64,000 nt of DNA from an uncultured Phycisphaerales bacterium. GTDB taxonomy: Bacteria; Planctomycetota; Phycisphaerae; Sedimentisphaerales; Anaerobacaceae. Position 1 is the first letter of the stretch; each line of letters opens with the position of its first letter. Below, in pieces: positions 42,551-54,275 of the stretch. The notes beneath the pieces were generated by a model. The model ran no database searches. It was not told the origin of the DNA and worked only from the letters and a program-made list of their open reading frames with translations. Where the stretch lies: contig CAVYYI010000003.1 in assembly GCA_963772725.1 (NCBI GenBank), positions 416,001-480,000 of the forward strand. The letters are read 5' to 3'. A program made the position numbers and the translations under genes.

Positions 42551-43445
42551 CATAACTCTCCGACTCCCCCAATTATATCGAGAAATTCTCGCGTTATCTG
42601 ACCTTGTCGTGCACGATTATATTCTGCGGTCAGTTCTTTAATCAAATCTTCCGCGTTTTCAGTCGCGTTTCTCATCGCCACCATACGCGCAACATGCTGG
42701 CTTAACGCTGCGTCCATAAAACAGCTCTGGATGGAAGAGCGTATGATCATCGGGCAAGACCTTCAATAATTTCGCTGCTCGAGGGAGAAAAATGAAAATT
42801 CTCGAACGATAATCCCCACGGCCATAAAGCCGTTGTGCACGCGTGCGTCAAAGGTCATCTATAAGTTCGGTCAGAGGCAAAATGGTCAGCGTTTGCGCCT
42901 GCTGGCTCGATACCGAATAAAATCGCGTATACACAATGCCGAAACCGTCAATCTGACCCGACATATACTTATTGATAACTTCTTGTGTTATTTCATCAAT
43001 CTGAGATTCCGTTGGCACTTCGTCAAAATCACCGTAAACTTTCACCGGCTTGATTCTATGATAGTTTAATAGATGGTTGAGCTTTCTGTCCAAGGCATAA
43101 ATATCAAGTTTCTTGCCGTGTTTTTTTGCCCGGTTGAGATTGCACATCCACAAGTTGATAAATATTCGTGTTGTATGAGCCACAAAGACCGCTTTTCGAG
43201 CCGATAGCCAGCAGAATTGATGTGCCGACTGTGTTCACCTTCAGTAGTGGGTGGTCGATGGGTTCTTGGGATGTAACAAGCAAATATCCCGCTCGTGCCA
43301 AGGCATCACGATAATCCACGATGGCGGTTCGCCTGTTATGGTAAGACTTGTACCTCGCGGTAGAGATCATCTCCATCGTTCGCGTTATCCTGCGAATACT
43401 ATCGACCGCTCTGCGATGGTTCAATATTTGTCGAGTTCCCGCCAT
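42550..43445 (-). CDS. atpG: F-ATPase gamma subunit (several frameshifts)
   Basis: ITRTMEMIS, GLCGSYN, RMVAMRNATENA, YNRARQGQITRE. Confidence 0.92.
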
Positions 43446-44971
43446 TATTTAATTTGGTCCTTTTGCCGGGTGATTTTTTTATAATTGTTCATCGCCGCCG
43501 TTATTTTTCCCACCAGCTCATCGCTCAGCTTACTGGTTTTGTTTATTTCATCGATATACTCCGCGTGTTCTTTATTCAGCCAGCCGATGAACGCCGTCAT
43601 AAATTCACTAACTTGGCCAACGGGTACGTCATCAAGCATGCCCACGGTTCCAGCCAGAATAGTAACGACTTGTCCACCCACGCTTATCGGCGAAAATTGC
43701 GGCTGTTTAAGCAATTGGACCATTCTCGCACCTCTGTCGAGCTGAAGCTGCGCCGCGGGATCAAGCTCCGTGCCAAGCCTTGCGAAATTCTGAAGTTCGC
43801 AGAACGCCGCCAGGTCAAGCCTTAGTTTCGATGCCACTTTTTTCATCGCGTCAACCTGGGCATTGCCGCCGACGCGGCTGACGCTCATGCCTACATCCAC
43901 GGCCGGACGAATACCGGCATAGAACAAATCTTTTTGAAGATATATCTGCCCGTCTGTAATTGAGATAACATTTGTCGGAATATAGGCGGAAATCTGACCT
44001 TCGAGAGTTTCTACGATGGGAAGGGCCGTCAATGAGCCGCCCCCAAGTTTTTCCGACAATTTCGCGCTGCGCTCGAGCAGTCTGCTGTGCAGATAGAAAA
44101 TATCGCCCGGATACGCCTCGCGTCCCGGAGGCCTGCGAAGCAGAAGACTCAACTGCCTGTAAGCAATGGCGTGCTTACTCAAATCGTCATACACGCACAA
44201 CGTATCGCGATGCTGTTCATACATAAAGTACTCCGCCATCGCGCAGCCGGAATAAGGTGCGATGTACTGCATCGGTGCGCTGTCACCCGCGGAGGCGGCA
44301 ATTACAATCGTGTAGTCCATTGCCCCGAATCTTTTCAGCGTATCCACAACCTCCGCAATGGTAGATTCCTTTTGGCCTATCGCGACATAAACACAAATAA
44401 CGTTGCTGTTCTTCTGATTTATTATCGTATCTATCGCGATTGCGGTTTTGCCGGTTTTGCGGTCGCCGATGATAAGTTCCCGCTGCCCTCTTCCAATCGG
44501 TATCATAGAGTCGATACACTTAAGCCCTGTTTGCAGCGGCTGCTTAACCGGCTGACGATGAACTATTCCAGGCGCTTCTGACTCAATGAATCTCATCGCG
44601 GAGGATTTGATTGCCGGCCCACCATCGAGCGGCTGGCATAGCGGATTGATTACTCGTCCCAGCAACTCATTGCACACAGGGATAGACATCAGCCTGCCGG
44701 TCGTATGCACATCCGAGCCTTCCTTGACCTTGGTATAATCTCCGTAAATAACCGCTCCGACCGAATCTTCCTCCAGATTGAACACCTCTCCGAATACATT
44801 ATTCTCGAACTGAAGCGTTTCGCCGACCATCGCGTCGTTGAGTCCGAATATCCTGGCAATCCCGTCTCCAATTTCCACAACCTGTCCGACCTTCGAGACA
44901 TCCAGCTTGTTTTTGTACTGGCTTATCTCCTGTTTGAGGATATTCATTATTTCCGTTACGTCATATTTCAT
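43445..44971 (-). CDS. atpA: F-ATPase alpha subunit
   Basis: [27 protein letters not shown]. Confidence 0.97.
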   Translation of the reverse strand: MKYDVTEIMNILKQEISQYKNKLDVSKVGQVVEIGDGIARIFGLNDAMVGETLQFENNVFGEVFNLEEDSVGAVIYGDYTKVKEGSDVHTTGRLMSIPVCNELLGRVINPLCQPLDGGPAIKSSAMRFIESEAPGIVHRQPVKQPLQTGLKCIDSMIPIGRGQRELIIGDRKTGKTAIAIDTIINQKNSNVICVYVAIGQKESTIAEVVDTLKRFGAMDYTIVIAASAGDSAPMQYIAPYSGCAMAEYFMYEQHRDTLCVYDDLSKHAIAYRQLSLLLRRPPGREAYPGDIFYLHSRLLERSAKLSEKLGGGSLTALPIVETLEGQISAYIPTNVISITDGQIYLQKDLFYAGIRPAVDVGMSVSRVGGNAQVDAMKKVASKLRLDLAAFCELQNFARLGTELDPAAQLQLDRGARMVQLLKQPQFSPISVGGQVVTILAGTVGMLDDVPVGQVSEFMTAFIGWLNKEHAEYIDEINKTSKLSDELVGKITAAMNNYKKITRQKDQIK

Positions 44972-45530
44972 TTGTTCTTCCTCTGCGTGTTATGCTTTTA
45001 ACTGTGAGTTGTAATCTGGTTTTAACCGTATTATCAATTACTTTGTCGTCATAACGAATTTCTATGCCGCCGATAATGTCAGGTTTTACTCTCACTTCAA
45101 GTACAACTTCCCTGTTTAATTTTTCCGCAATTTGCTTTGCTATTTTTTCTGTCTCGGCCGGAGTTAGAGGTTTGGCGACAGTAACTTTTACCCGCTCTAT
45201 CGCATGACGCTCTTCCCATAGTTTCCGGTACGCCTCGCAGAACTGCGATAAAAACCTCAGCCGGCTATGCTGAGCGGCTACCATCAGCCAATTTAACGTA
45301 AGAGAATTAAACTTCCCGCCGAACATTTTAGACAGCAAAACTTTTTTATGCTCCTCATAAAAAAAGGGAGCGGTGATGGCGGTCTGGAAATCTCCCGATT
45401 GCCCGTGTACCTGGCATAGCACTTCTATATCGCCCATCACGGCATCGACACTATTCGCCTTTTCGGAAAGTTCAAACAGCGCCTGTGCGTAGATTTCTGC
45501 CAATATCAGGATTTTATTATCGGTAATCAT
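44961..45530 (-). CDS. atpH: F-ATPase delta subunit
   Basis: [20 protein letters not shown]. Confidence 0.92.
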   Translation of the reverse strand: MITDNKILILAEIYAQALFELSEKANSVDAVMGDIEVLCQVHGQSGDFQTAITAPFFYEEHKKVLLSKMFGGKFNSLTLNWLMVAAQHSRLRFLSQFCEAYRKLWEERHAIERVKVTVAKPLTPAETEKIAKQIAEKLNREVVLEVRVKPDIIGGIEIRYDDKVIDNTVKTRLQLTVKSITRRGRTNEI

Positions 45531-45550
45531 ATGTTAAAATTCAAAATCGT

Positions 45551-46102
45551 TCACTCTTTGATTTTGTCGAGAGCTTCCTGTACCATTTTCTGAGTGTCGT
45601 TATCATCTATTTTTCGTCCGAGGACCTGGCTGCCAAGCGTCAACACAATATCGCCTGCCTGTTTCCATAATTGGTCTGTCGCCGCTTTTCGAGCGTGTTC
45701 AATGTCTTCACTGGCTTGGCGCCGTATCCCAAGTACTTCCTGTCTGGCTTTTTCTGTAAGCTCCTGCTCGTGGCGGATTGCCCTGTCGGTCGCCTCTTTA
45801 ATAATCTGCAAACCCTGCTCTTTTGATTCTTCAAGCATCTTTTTCGCAAGCATTCGAGCCTTTTCTGCGTCTTCTATCTGCTGCTGAATATGCTTTTCCC
45901 TCACGTTCAGCCCATTGAGTATGGGTTTCCATGCGACTTTGCCCAGGACTATCATCAGCACAACAAAGGCTATCACTGTCCATAACGCGTCGGCAAACGT
46001 ACCGCTGAAAATGCCCGGGTTCTCCGCCGCATGCCCTTCTTCTGCACAAAACGCCGCGGAACAAATGCACAGCGTGAACAAAATTATGGTTATTGTTTTC
46101 AT
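45551..46102 (-). CDS. atpF: F-ATPase b subunit
   Basis: WTVIAFVVL...AWKPI...RE coiled coil. Confidence 0.92.
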   Translation of the reverse strand: MKTITIILFTLCICSAAFCAEEGHAAENPGIFSGTFADALWTVIAFVVLMIVLGKVAWKPILNGLNVREKHIQQQIEDAEKARMLAKKMLEESKEQGLQIIKEATDRAIRHEQELTEKARQEVLGIRRQASEDIEHARKAATDQLWKQAGDIVLTLGSQVLGRKIDDNDTQKMVQEALDKIKE

Positions 46103-46107
46103 CTTTT

Positions 46108-46377
46108 TTAGAATTTCTGCGTAGTGAATAGACAAATCAGCAACGCAAAGAACGTAATACCTTCCACAAGCGCCGCCGCGATAATCATCGCCGAGAAGAT
46201 GCGTCCGCCCGCTTCGGGCTGACGGGCAATCGATTCGACCGCTTTGCTGCCGATTAAGCCGATTCCAAATGCGGCACCGACAATTATTATACTGCAGCCG
46301 ATTGTTGCTCCGAACAACGCCAGTCCAGAACTCGTGCCTTCTACCGCTGCCAACATGTTACCTGCCAAATTAACCAT
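46108..46377 (-). CDS. atpE: F-ATPase c subunit
   Basis: GAAFGIG, ARQPE, AALVEG. Confidence 0.95.
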   Translation of the reverse strand: MVNLAGNMLAAVEGTSSGLALFGATIGCSIIIVGAAFGIGLIGSKAVESIARQPEAGGRIFSAMIIAAALVEGITFFALLICLFTTQKF

Positions 46378-46405
46378 TGTTTTTCAAACCTCCAAAAATA
46401 AAATT

Positions 46406-47230
46406 TTAATGTTCCGGCGCAATTGATGAGCCTATATAAAGTGCAGTCAAAAACGCGAATATGTATGCCTGCACAAACGCTACAAGTAATTCCAGAAACG
46501 AAAGCACCACCACGCTTACAACAGACGCCGCCGCCACACCGTAGTTCTTGAAAATAAATATCAAACCCAGAAAAGTTCCCAGCAGCATGTGCCCTGCCAC
46601 GATATTGGCAAAAAGACGAATAGCCAGTGTGAACGGCCTGATAAACGAGCTTAGGATTTCCAGAAAGTAAATAAACGGCATTATCCACCATGGTACCGGC
46701 GGAGCGAAATTCGCCAGATAGTGCCAAAGCCCCTGTTCCCTGATGCCGTAAAAGTGAAAAGCGAAAAATGACACAATCGCCATTCCACCCGTAATCCAGA
46801 TATTCGCCGTGGCAGGCCCCCCAATGCCGTTTTCCCTTCCAGTAATCAAATACACGATTTTTTCCGATGGAATCATCCCCAGCAGATTAAGGGTTAAAAT
46901 AAAAAAGAATACAGTCCAGACGAACCCTACGTAATGGTCGGTATGTTCGCCCATCAACGGCCTTGCGACTTCCTCACGCAAATACACGCACACCGATTCA
47001 ATCAGATTCTTAAACCCACGCGGAACCAGCCCTTTCGACCGCGCAGCCATCGGAATAAAAATCAGCAGCAGCGCCATCGCAATCGCCACCGTGAACATGT
47101 GATTACTCACAATGATATGCCACGACCCGACTGAAAACGTGAACAGAGGTACCGGCAACAGAGGTTTAATCGGGTCAAACTCCGCCAATAAAACTGGATA
47201 TAGTCCGTTCAAACTCAAAAGCAACCTCAA
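46406..47230 (-). CDS. atpB: F-ATPase a subunit
   Basis: RPFTLAIRLFANIVAGH, VQAYIF. Confidence 0.95.
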   Translation of the reverse strand: MRLLLSLNGLYPVLLAEFDPIKPLLPVPLFTFSVGSWHIIVSNHMFTVAIAMALLLIFIPMAARSKGLVPRGFKNLIESVCVYLREEVARPLMGEHTDHYVGFVWTVFFFILTLNLLGMIPSEKIVYLITGRENGIGGPATANIWITGGMAIVSFFAFHFYGIREQGLWHYLANFAPPVPWWIMPFIYFLEILSSFIRPFTLAIRLFANIVAGHMLLGTFLGLIFIFKNYGVAAASVVSVVVLSFLELLVAFVQAYIFAFLTALYIGSSIAPEH

Positions 47231-47231
47231 T

Positions 47232-47609
47232 TTAACATTTTCTGTTTAGTATTCGCACAAAAACCCAAACTTCTATTATCAGGATAACCAGGTAAAACAG
47301 CGCCGTCCAGGCGGTGAACCACAGTATATCAGGTTTTATGAAAAAAATGATTATAGCGACCCCGCCGAACATTATCAACAGTCTTATCGCGCCGGCGGCA
47401 AGAACAGTAACCGTCGACAGCGGCACACGCGACAAATGAGCATATACTAAAGGAATAACACTGCCGCAAACCGCTATTCCGCTTACCAGAACCGCCCAAA
47501 CACAGCCCGCAAAGGCTACTCGTCCTATCAAAATACTGACGCAAAGACAGGCCGCAAATACTGCCCCGACAATTAACAGCAGTATCCCGCATATTTTACC
47601 CGCGTTCAA
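47232..47609 (-). CDS. ATP synthase protein I-like membrane protein
   Basis: Four TM helices, immediately upstream of atpB. Confidence 0.65.
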   Translation of the reverse strand: MNAGKICGILLLIVGAVFAACLCVSILIGRVAFAGCVWAVLVSGIAVCGSVIPLVYAHLSRVPLSTVTVLAAGAIRLLIMFGGVAIIIFFIKPDILWFTAWTALFYLVILIIEVWVFVRILNRKC

Positions 47610-47632
47610 AACAGCACCCCATTAAATTGTTT

Positions 47633-47863
47633 CTATTTGCCTCGAAGGTTCCATACCTCTTTTAGAATTGTGTACATCATACCGGCGAAACCGAAAAAAA
47701 AGCCCGCTATAAAAAGCCACGGCTTGGTGTTTAACCTCTCATCGAGCTTATACCCGATATAGCAGAATACCCCTATAACCGCGCAAAATTCAATCCCGAA
47801 GCCGAACCATTTCCCGTAACTCAGCCTGTCTTTATCCTGCTTTGGATTATCCTGCTGACCCAT
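47633..47863 (-). CDS. AtpZ/AtpI-family protein
   Basis: GIEF...IGYKLDERLNTKPW..IAGFFFG. Confidence 0.85.
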   Translation of the reverse strand: MGQQDNPKQDKDRLSYGKWFGFGIEFCAVIGVFCYIGYKLDERLNTKPWLFIAGFFFGFAGMMYTILKEVWNLRGK

Positions 47864-48029
47864 AAAAACTTTTCTGAAACCAGACTCCCAAAAAGATTTT
47901 CCTGCAAACACTTCGGATATTAAGCGCAGCCCCCCAATATGCAACAATTCTTCCGCTCAAAACCGCGGAAAGCCTGAGCCTTCCGATGAATAAAAAGTAA
48001 AAACCCCTTTGAAAAATTCCTGAAACAGA

Positions 48030-48052
48030 GGCTGACTCAGCAAAAGTCAGCC
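48030..48052. terminator. Stem-loop, possible terminator of the dehydrogenase operon
   Basis: GGCTGACT-cagcaaa-AGTCAGCC 8-bp stem. Confidence 0.45.
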
Positions 48053-48070
48053 CCAAATTTTTTCTATGTA

Positions 48071-49195
48071 TACTGCTTACGATTGAGTTTTCCTGTTTTT
48101 ATGCGGCTTGAATGTGAAAGTTTTCTGTCAGTAATGCTCTCAATTCCGGCAAATATTTCTTTCTCTTCCGGAAAAAGCTCTCACATGCTCGCTTGAATTC
48201 CCCAAACGTTTCATAGTAGCGATTGTTCAGCACTTTTTTCTTAAAAAACTTCCAGTACCGCTCAATCAGATTCAGATTCGGCGAATATGGCGGCAAAAAT
48301 ATCAATTTGATTTTCGTCCCCTCGGTATACTCTTTTAACAAACGTGAACGATAATATCGAGCATTGTCAACAATGATATAAATCCTTTTGGCCTCCGGAT
48401 GTTTTGCTTCGATCTTAGAGAACAAATCAATGGTCGAATTCGGCATTGATCGTGTCATAAAACCCTGTCGTTGGCTCCAGCGTTTCGATGTTAATCGCAC
48501 CATTGATATTCAATCGCTGGCGGCCGCAGTTGGCTTTGAGTTCTTTTTCCTTTCCCGTCTTAATCCAGCCATAAGAAGGAATGCTGTTGTGCTGCGGATG
48601 GGTGGCATCGGCGAAATAAATTGGGTCGTTTTGACTTTTGCTTGCTTTGAGTCTGTTCATATTCTTCGAGAAATGCCTGTTGTTTGACGGGGTCTTGTTT
48701 ACCGGGAACATGTGTCGGCTTCTTGTAGGAAAATCCAAGGCGATGCAGTAAATCGGTAACTCCGCTGACGGAGTAATGGACCACATACTGTTGATAGATA
48801 TGAGCGATAACCGATTTGGCATCGGGGAAAATATGTTCTTCGAGATATGCCTCAAGTTCGCTCATTTGATGTTCATCGAGTTTCGGTTCTGCGCCGGGAT
48901 AGTGGTCATCCAGCAATGCCGGATACCGCCTTGCTGATAGCGTTCAAAATAGTTCCGGGATGTTTTCTCGTCAAAAAGAAGAATCTCGGCGACCTGAGCC
49001 GCCGGCCATCCCTTTGGATAAAGCAATGACCGCTTTGACGCGGTCGGCCTGACGCTTATCACGCAACGAACGATGCAATGCCTCCAGTTCAGCTATTTTT
49101 TCTTTTGACAACTTATAATCCTTCATATACCCTCTTTATCGGACAGAAGGTGCTTTTTGATTGAAAATTACGGGATTTTTCAATCAAGAGCAGTA
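48071..49195 (-). mobile_element. IS630-family insertion sequence
   Basis: Imperfect terminal IR TACTGCTTACGATTGA / TACTGCTCTTGATTGA; TA on both flanks (48069-70, 49196-97). Confidence 0.9.
48099..49126 (-). CDS. IS630 transposase (several frameshifts)
   Basis: HTH region, LGFSYKKP, IYFAD, IVDNARYY, LPPYSPNLNLIERYW. Confidence 0.92.
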
Positions 49196-49242
49196 TAACA
49201 ATATAAAAAACTTTCTTCTTCGATGTTTTTGTCAAAAAAAGC

Positions 49243-50838
49243 TTACTCGAAATTCTTCGGGTCTTCGAGTGCTTTTCTAACCAAGTCAAGGAACTGGGCC
49301 GCGTAGGCACCATTGGCTACCTTGTGGTCAACTGAAAGGGTCATATTCATAAGCTTGCGCACGAGGATATTGCCGTTGCTTGGGATGCAGGTATCGGTAA
49401 TTCTGCCTATGCCGAGAATGCTGGCTTGGCCGGGGACGACTATCGGAATGAAGGAATCTATTCCGAAAGCTCCGAGATTGCTGATTGTGATACAGCCGCC
49501 TTCAAGGTCGGTAAGGGCCAGTGAGTTTGTGCGGGCTTTTTCAATCAAAACCTGAGTGTCCGCTGAAATCTGCATCGCGGTCTTTTTCTGTGTGTCCTTA
49601 ACTATCGGAGCAATCAGTCCATCAGGAACCGAAATCGCCAGGCCGATATTGATACTGTCCGCGAGCTTGATTGTATCGCCGTTGAGTTGGCCGGTCATAA
49701 TGGGGAAATGTTCCAAACCAATCGCGACCGCGCGGATAATGAAATCGTTGTATGCGACTTTGACTTTATTGGCCTCGTTGAATTTCGTCCTGAAATCAAC
49801 TAAATCTGTAACATCGACTTTCACACTCAGATAAAAGCATGGAATTTCCAGTTTGGATTGAAGCATTCTTTGAGCCGTAATTTTTTGCAGACGATTGACC
49901 GCTATGGTGCTTCCGAGTTTTACATCGCCGCTTGCGACCGCTGGAGCAGATTTAGCCGCTGGCCTTACCTGTCCGGTCTTAACATCTTTTTCAGTGATTC
50001 TGCCCATCGGCCCGGTGCCGACTATGGAGGCTAAGTCGATACCCATATTTTTGGCGGCTTTTTTAGCTCGTGGGGAGGCCATAATTCTGCCGGTTGCTTT
50101 GGTCTGTACAGCCATTGGTTTTGCCGCTTGGACAGTTGGGGCAGCCGAAGGAGTTGGCTCTGTAACCGTTGAGCCGCCTTTGAGTGAATCGATAAAGTTT
50201 TGCGGAATTTGTGTATCTTTTGGGGCTAAAATCATAAGTGAATCGCCGACGGGGAGGGTCTGGCCGATCTGGGCGACGATGTATTTCACAAAACCAGCGG
50301 AGGGGGATTCCATTTCGAGGGTGGCTTTATCGGTTTCAATTTCAAAAAGCACATCGCCTCTTTTAACCTCATCGCCAACTTTAACCAGGCAATTGACAAT
50401 GGTACCTTCTTCCATAGTCTGACCGAGTTTGGCGAGCTTTATAACATTGACACCCGCTGGAGCTTCAACTTTAGCGGCGACATTTGAAGTCGTAGCCGCC
50501 GGAGCTGGGGTAGCAACTTCACCGACCGCAATAGAAAGAATATTCACCGCGGAAAGTTCGGCAGTTCCAGCCGGTAAGGAAGTGACATCGACCTTTTCAT
50601 CCTTGCCGCCGAGAATCATCATCATATCGCCGACCGGCAGAGTCTGCCCAAGCCCAGCGACAATCTGCTTTACAAAACCTGCCGCGGGCGATTCCATCTC
50701 GAGCGTCGCCTTATCGGTTTCAACCTCAAAAATCACATGACCTCTTTTTACTTCGTCGCCGACTTTGACTAGACAATTGACAATCGTGCCTTCTTCCATC
50801 GTCTGGCCGAGTTTCGGTAATTTCACTTCTTTTGCCAT
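49243..50838 (-). CDS. 2-oxoacid/acetoin dehydrogenase E2 with two lipoyl domains
   Basis: Two ETDKA lipoyl motifs, ASPRAKK binding domain, ISNLG, DHKVANG. Confidence 0.93.
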   Translation of the reverse strand: MAKEVKLPKLGQTMEEGTIVNCLVKVGDEVKRGHVIFEVETDKATLEMESPAAGFVKQIVAGLGQTLPVGDMMMILGGKDEKVDVTSLPAGTAELSAVNILSIAVGEVATPAPAATTSNVAAKVEAPAGVNVIKLAKLGQTMEEGTIVNCLVKVGDEVKRGDVLFEIETDKATLEMESPSAGFVKYIVAQIGQTLPVGDSLMILAPKDTQIPQNFIDSLKGGSTVTEPTPSAAPTVQAAKPMAVQTKATGRIMASPRAKKAAKNMGIDLASIVGTGPMGRITEKDVKTGQVRPAAKSAPAVASGDVKLGSTIAVNRLQKITAQRMLQSKLEIPCFYLSVKVDVTDLVDFRTKFNEANKVKVAYNDFIIRAVAIGLEHFPIMTGQLNGDTIKLADSINIGLAISVPDGLIAPIVKDTQKKTAMQISADTQVLIEKARTNSLALTDLEGGCITISNLGAFGIDSFIPIVVPGQASILGIGRITDTCIPSNGNILVRKLMNMTLSVDHKVANGAYAAQFLDLVRKALEDPKNFE

Positions 50839-50872
50839 TTATATATCATCTCCATTTTTGCGAGGATAAATT

Positions 50873-53124
50873 TTAACCTTTCACCATTGCCTTGACAGCT
50901 TCGACAATTTTATCGACACTTGGAATACTTGCCAACTCCAGAGGCTCGCTCATCGGCGGCGGAACATCCGCGGCGGCAAGATTCACCGGCGCGGCGTCAA
51001 GATAATCAAACCCGCGGTGCCGTCTTTGAACTTGTATTCCATATACTGGCCGGTTACTTCTCTACCCGACGCCGCACATACCAAAGCCTTCGCTGACCGT
51101 AACCAGCTTGCCGGTCTTTCGCACTGAATCCGCGACTGTGTTAATATCCAGCGGCTTGAGCGTGCGAAAGTCGATAACTTCGGCATCGATGCCGTGCTTT
51201 GGCAAGTATTTTTGCGGCTTGCAATGCCCACATCGCCATACTGCTGTAGCTGACGATCGTAACATCCTTGCCGTGTCTCTTGATATCCGCAACGCCAAGC
51301 GGGATCATATATTCGTCTGTCGGCACCGCACCAAGCTGGCCATAGGTGGCTTTATGCTCGATGAACACAACCGGATTATCGCTGCGAATAGCCGCCTTGA
51401 GCAATCCCTTCGCATCATACGGCGTCGAAGGCATCACAACATACAATCCCGGCACGTGCATCAGCCACGCTTCGAGCGATTCGCTGTGGTGAGCCGCGAT
51501 GCATCGGCCCACGCCGCCTTCGGTACGCAGCACCATCGGCACTTTCGCCTTGCCGCCGAACATATAGCGGTTATACGCGCCGTTGTGCACAAGCTGGTCC
51601 ATCGCGATAGTGATAAAGTCAACGTACATGATTTCCGCTATCGGCCTTAAACCTCGCAGTGCCGCGCCAACGGCCGCACCGGTGATCGCCGCTTCGGAGA
51701 TGGCGGTATCAATAACTCGGTCAGTGCCGAATTCCTTGAGCAGGCCTTTGCGTTGCGCTGTACGCCCCGCCGTAAAGTCCGACATCCTCACCCATCACGA
51801 TAACATTTTTATCCCTCCGCATTTCCTCCGCCTGGGCCAGCGTAACAGCCTGCGCCATATGTCAGAATATCCATCCCGAACTTGGCTTTGACATTCACCT
51901 TTGGCCTGGTCGGCGGTTTCTTTTTTGCTTTTGCCTGTTGGCTGTTGCCACTGCGTTTTCAAAAGCCATCGGTTGCCTTCATCACTTTTACCGCAGTCGC
52001 TTTTTCCGATTCAACCAGGCTTCCGGATAATGCTTCTTCCACATAAACATCTTTCGCCACATCCGCAGGATTTGGCATTGGGCTATCAATGGCGAACTTC
52101 GTCGCAGCTTCGATTGAGTTAAACGCCTTATCCTTTATCGCGTCAAGCTCCTGCTGCGTGCAGAGCTTGTCGTCAAGCAGTTTCTTCGAAAGCACGATAA
52201 TCGGGTCGCGATCATGCCATGCCTTTTCCTCATCTTTGGTGCGGTATTCGCGTGGGTCGCTTCTGCTGTGGCCGTACCACCGATAGGTCTTGGCCTCAAC
52301 CATAATAGTCTGATTCTCTGTTCTTGCGAGCATCCGCTGCTGAATGAACCGCCAGATACACCGCCACGACATCCTGCCCATCAACGATCATCGCCGGGAT
52401 ATTATAAGCGTAAGACCGTTCGGCTATATCGTCGATGTTGCTTGCCCTTACAGTGCCCTGCAACCGGGCTGCCTGAAAATGGCACGCTCATACCGTAAAG
52501 ATTATTTTCAATCATCGCTACCATCGGCACATTCAAAGCCGACGCCATATTCATTGATTCGTGGAACGTGCCGGTATTGGTTGAGCCATCGCCAAAGAAT
52601 GACACCACCACTTTGCCGGTCTTTTTGTATTTTTCCGCCAAAGCCGCGCCGACCGCCGGCGGCTGATTGCCGCCGACGATACCGGTTGAGCCTAGGTTAT
52701 TGCATTTATCGACTTCCGCGATGTGCATTGAGCCGCCTCTGCCTTTGCAGTAGCCGGTTTCTTTGCCCATCAGTTCAGCCATCATCTGGTTCCAGTGGTT
52801 CTGCCGTTCCTTGTCATTGTTGGCGTATTTGTTGCCGATCGCCCCGCAATGGCCATGACCGCGGTGGGTCGAGCCGATTACATCGCCTTGTTCCATCGCG
52901 GCGATAGCTCCGACTGCGACGGCTTCTTCGCCCGCATAAAGGTGCGATGCGCCTTTAATTATATTCTGACCGAGAAGGTCAAACACCTTTTCCTCAAAAA
53001 AGCGAATCTCGTAAATCGTCCGCAGCCAGTCATTGGCCTGCTCCAGTGTAATTATTCCGTCCTTTATAAGCGTCTTTAGCGGCGGAACTGGTTTTTTCCG
53101 GGTATCCTCAATGCAAAAATCCAT
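50873..53124 (-). CDS. TPP-dependent dehydrogenase E1 alpha plus beta, probably fused (several frameshifts)
   Basis: HRGHGH, GRGGSMH, GDG...ENN, YRWYGHS (alpha); MGEDVG, DTAISE, FIEHK (beta). Confidence 0.88.
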
Positions 53125-53198
53125 ATCTTTAGCCCTTTCAATTTGCTACAAGGAATTATCAAAAAATAAAAAATGGAAACTCCTGTCAACAGCGGCAT

Positions 53199-53227
53199 AG
53201 TATAGCATACCACCCCATCGCGGGCAA
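53199..53227 (-). promoter_or_regulatory. Promoter of the E1-E2 operon
   Basis: TTGCCC-17 nt-TATACT with TG extension. Confidence 0.55.
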
Positions 53228-53267
53228 TCAAAATCAGCCCCGAAAATCCCCCAATTTACACAGATAA

Positions 53268-53329
53268 GAACAAAATCGAACATAATCGAACAATTTACGC
53301 CTTGACAAAAACAGCGTACAGCGTATAGT
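53268..53329 (+). promoter_or_regulatory. Three 10-bp direct repeats (candidate DeoR operator) plus deoR promoter
   Basis: GAACAAAATC GAACATAATC GAACAATTTA, then TTGACA-16 nt-TATAGT. Confidence 0.6.
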
Positions 53330-53399
53330 TTAGAGGATAAGAGTTTTGAGTTATGAAAAATCAGTGAATTCAGCGTTTAATAAAAGTTAGAGAACGGCT

Positions 53400-54166
53400 A
53401 TGGGCATAGATGCCGAAGTAAGACATAAACATATTCTCCATCAGCTCCACTCCACCGGAAGAATCTGCGTTAAGGATGTCGCCCAAAGTTTTAACGTTAC
53501 AGAGGTAACCGTCAGAAGAGACCTTGCTTTCCTCGAAGAAAGCGGCCTGCTCAAAAAAACTTACGGCGGCGCTGTCCCCATCGCTCCAGAAGTCGAAACC
53601 TCTGTCCGCTATCGACAAAAACGCAGAATGGAAGCTAAAAAAATAATAGGTGAACTCGCGGCAAAACTGATTAAGGATGGCGACATAATCTATCTCGAGG
53701 CCGGCTCAACATGCAACGAGATTATCCCATACCTGGCCGATAAAAAGAACCTGACCATTATCGTCAATTCCCTTTACCTGATGCGCCGCCTCGGAGAACT
53801 GACCTCCCACAAGGTGGTAATTGTCGGCGGCCAGTATCGGCCCGAAAGAATGGATACCGTCGGTCCGGCGCCGAGGCCTCCATATCCCAGCTCAGCGGTT
53901 TCAAGGCCTTTACAAGCGCTGATGATATTTCAATAGAAACCGGAATCAGCGGCGCCGACGTCATTACGGTCGGCTTTGCAAAATTAGTCCTTAAACGCGC
54001 CAGCGAGGTTATCTTCGTCGGCGACAGCACAAAATTCGACAATCCCGCCCTCTACAAAATCGCCGACATCGACAGACTTAATTACATCGTTACTAACAGT
54101 AAGCCTTCCAAGCAATGGCACCACATCGCCAAAAGGAAAAACATCACCTTAATCTACCCTAAATAA
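53400..54166 (+). CDS. DeoR/GlpR-family regulator (frameshift near 53875)
   Basis: VTEVTVRRDL HTH, TYGGA, EAGST, VNS; C-terminus GDSTKF...YIVT in the shifted frame. Confidence 0.92.
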
Positions 54167-54201
54167 TATCTTTCCTTTGCACCTGGGCAGGGAAAAATAA
54201 A

Positions 54202-54238
54202 AAAATGTCGCCGGATTTTTATACTCGGGCGACATTTT
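54202..54238. terminator. Bidirectional intrinsic terminator between deoR and hsp20
   Basis: AAAATGTCGCC...GGCGACATTTT stem with A/T tracts between convergent genes. Confidence 0.65.
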
Positions 54239-54275
54239 GTCGCTTCCCGGTATGTGTTGCGACATATTTACTGTG

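Noticed and set aside
50281..50820. Long direct repeat within E2
   Set aside because: Ordinary duplicated lipoyl domains
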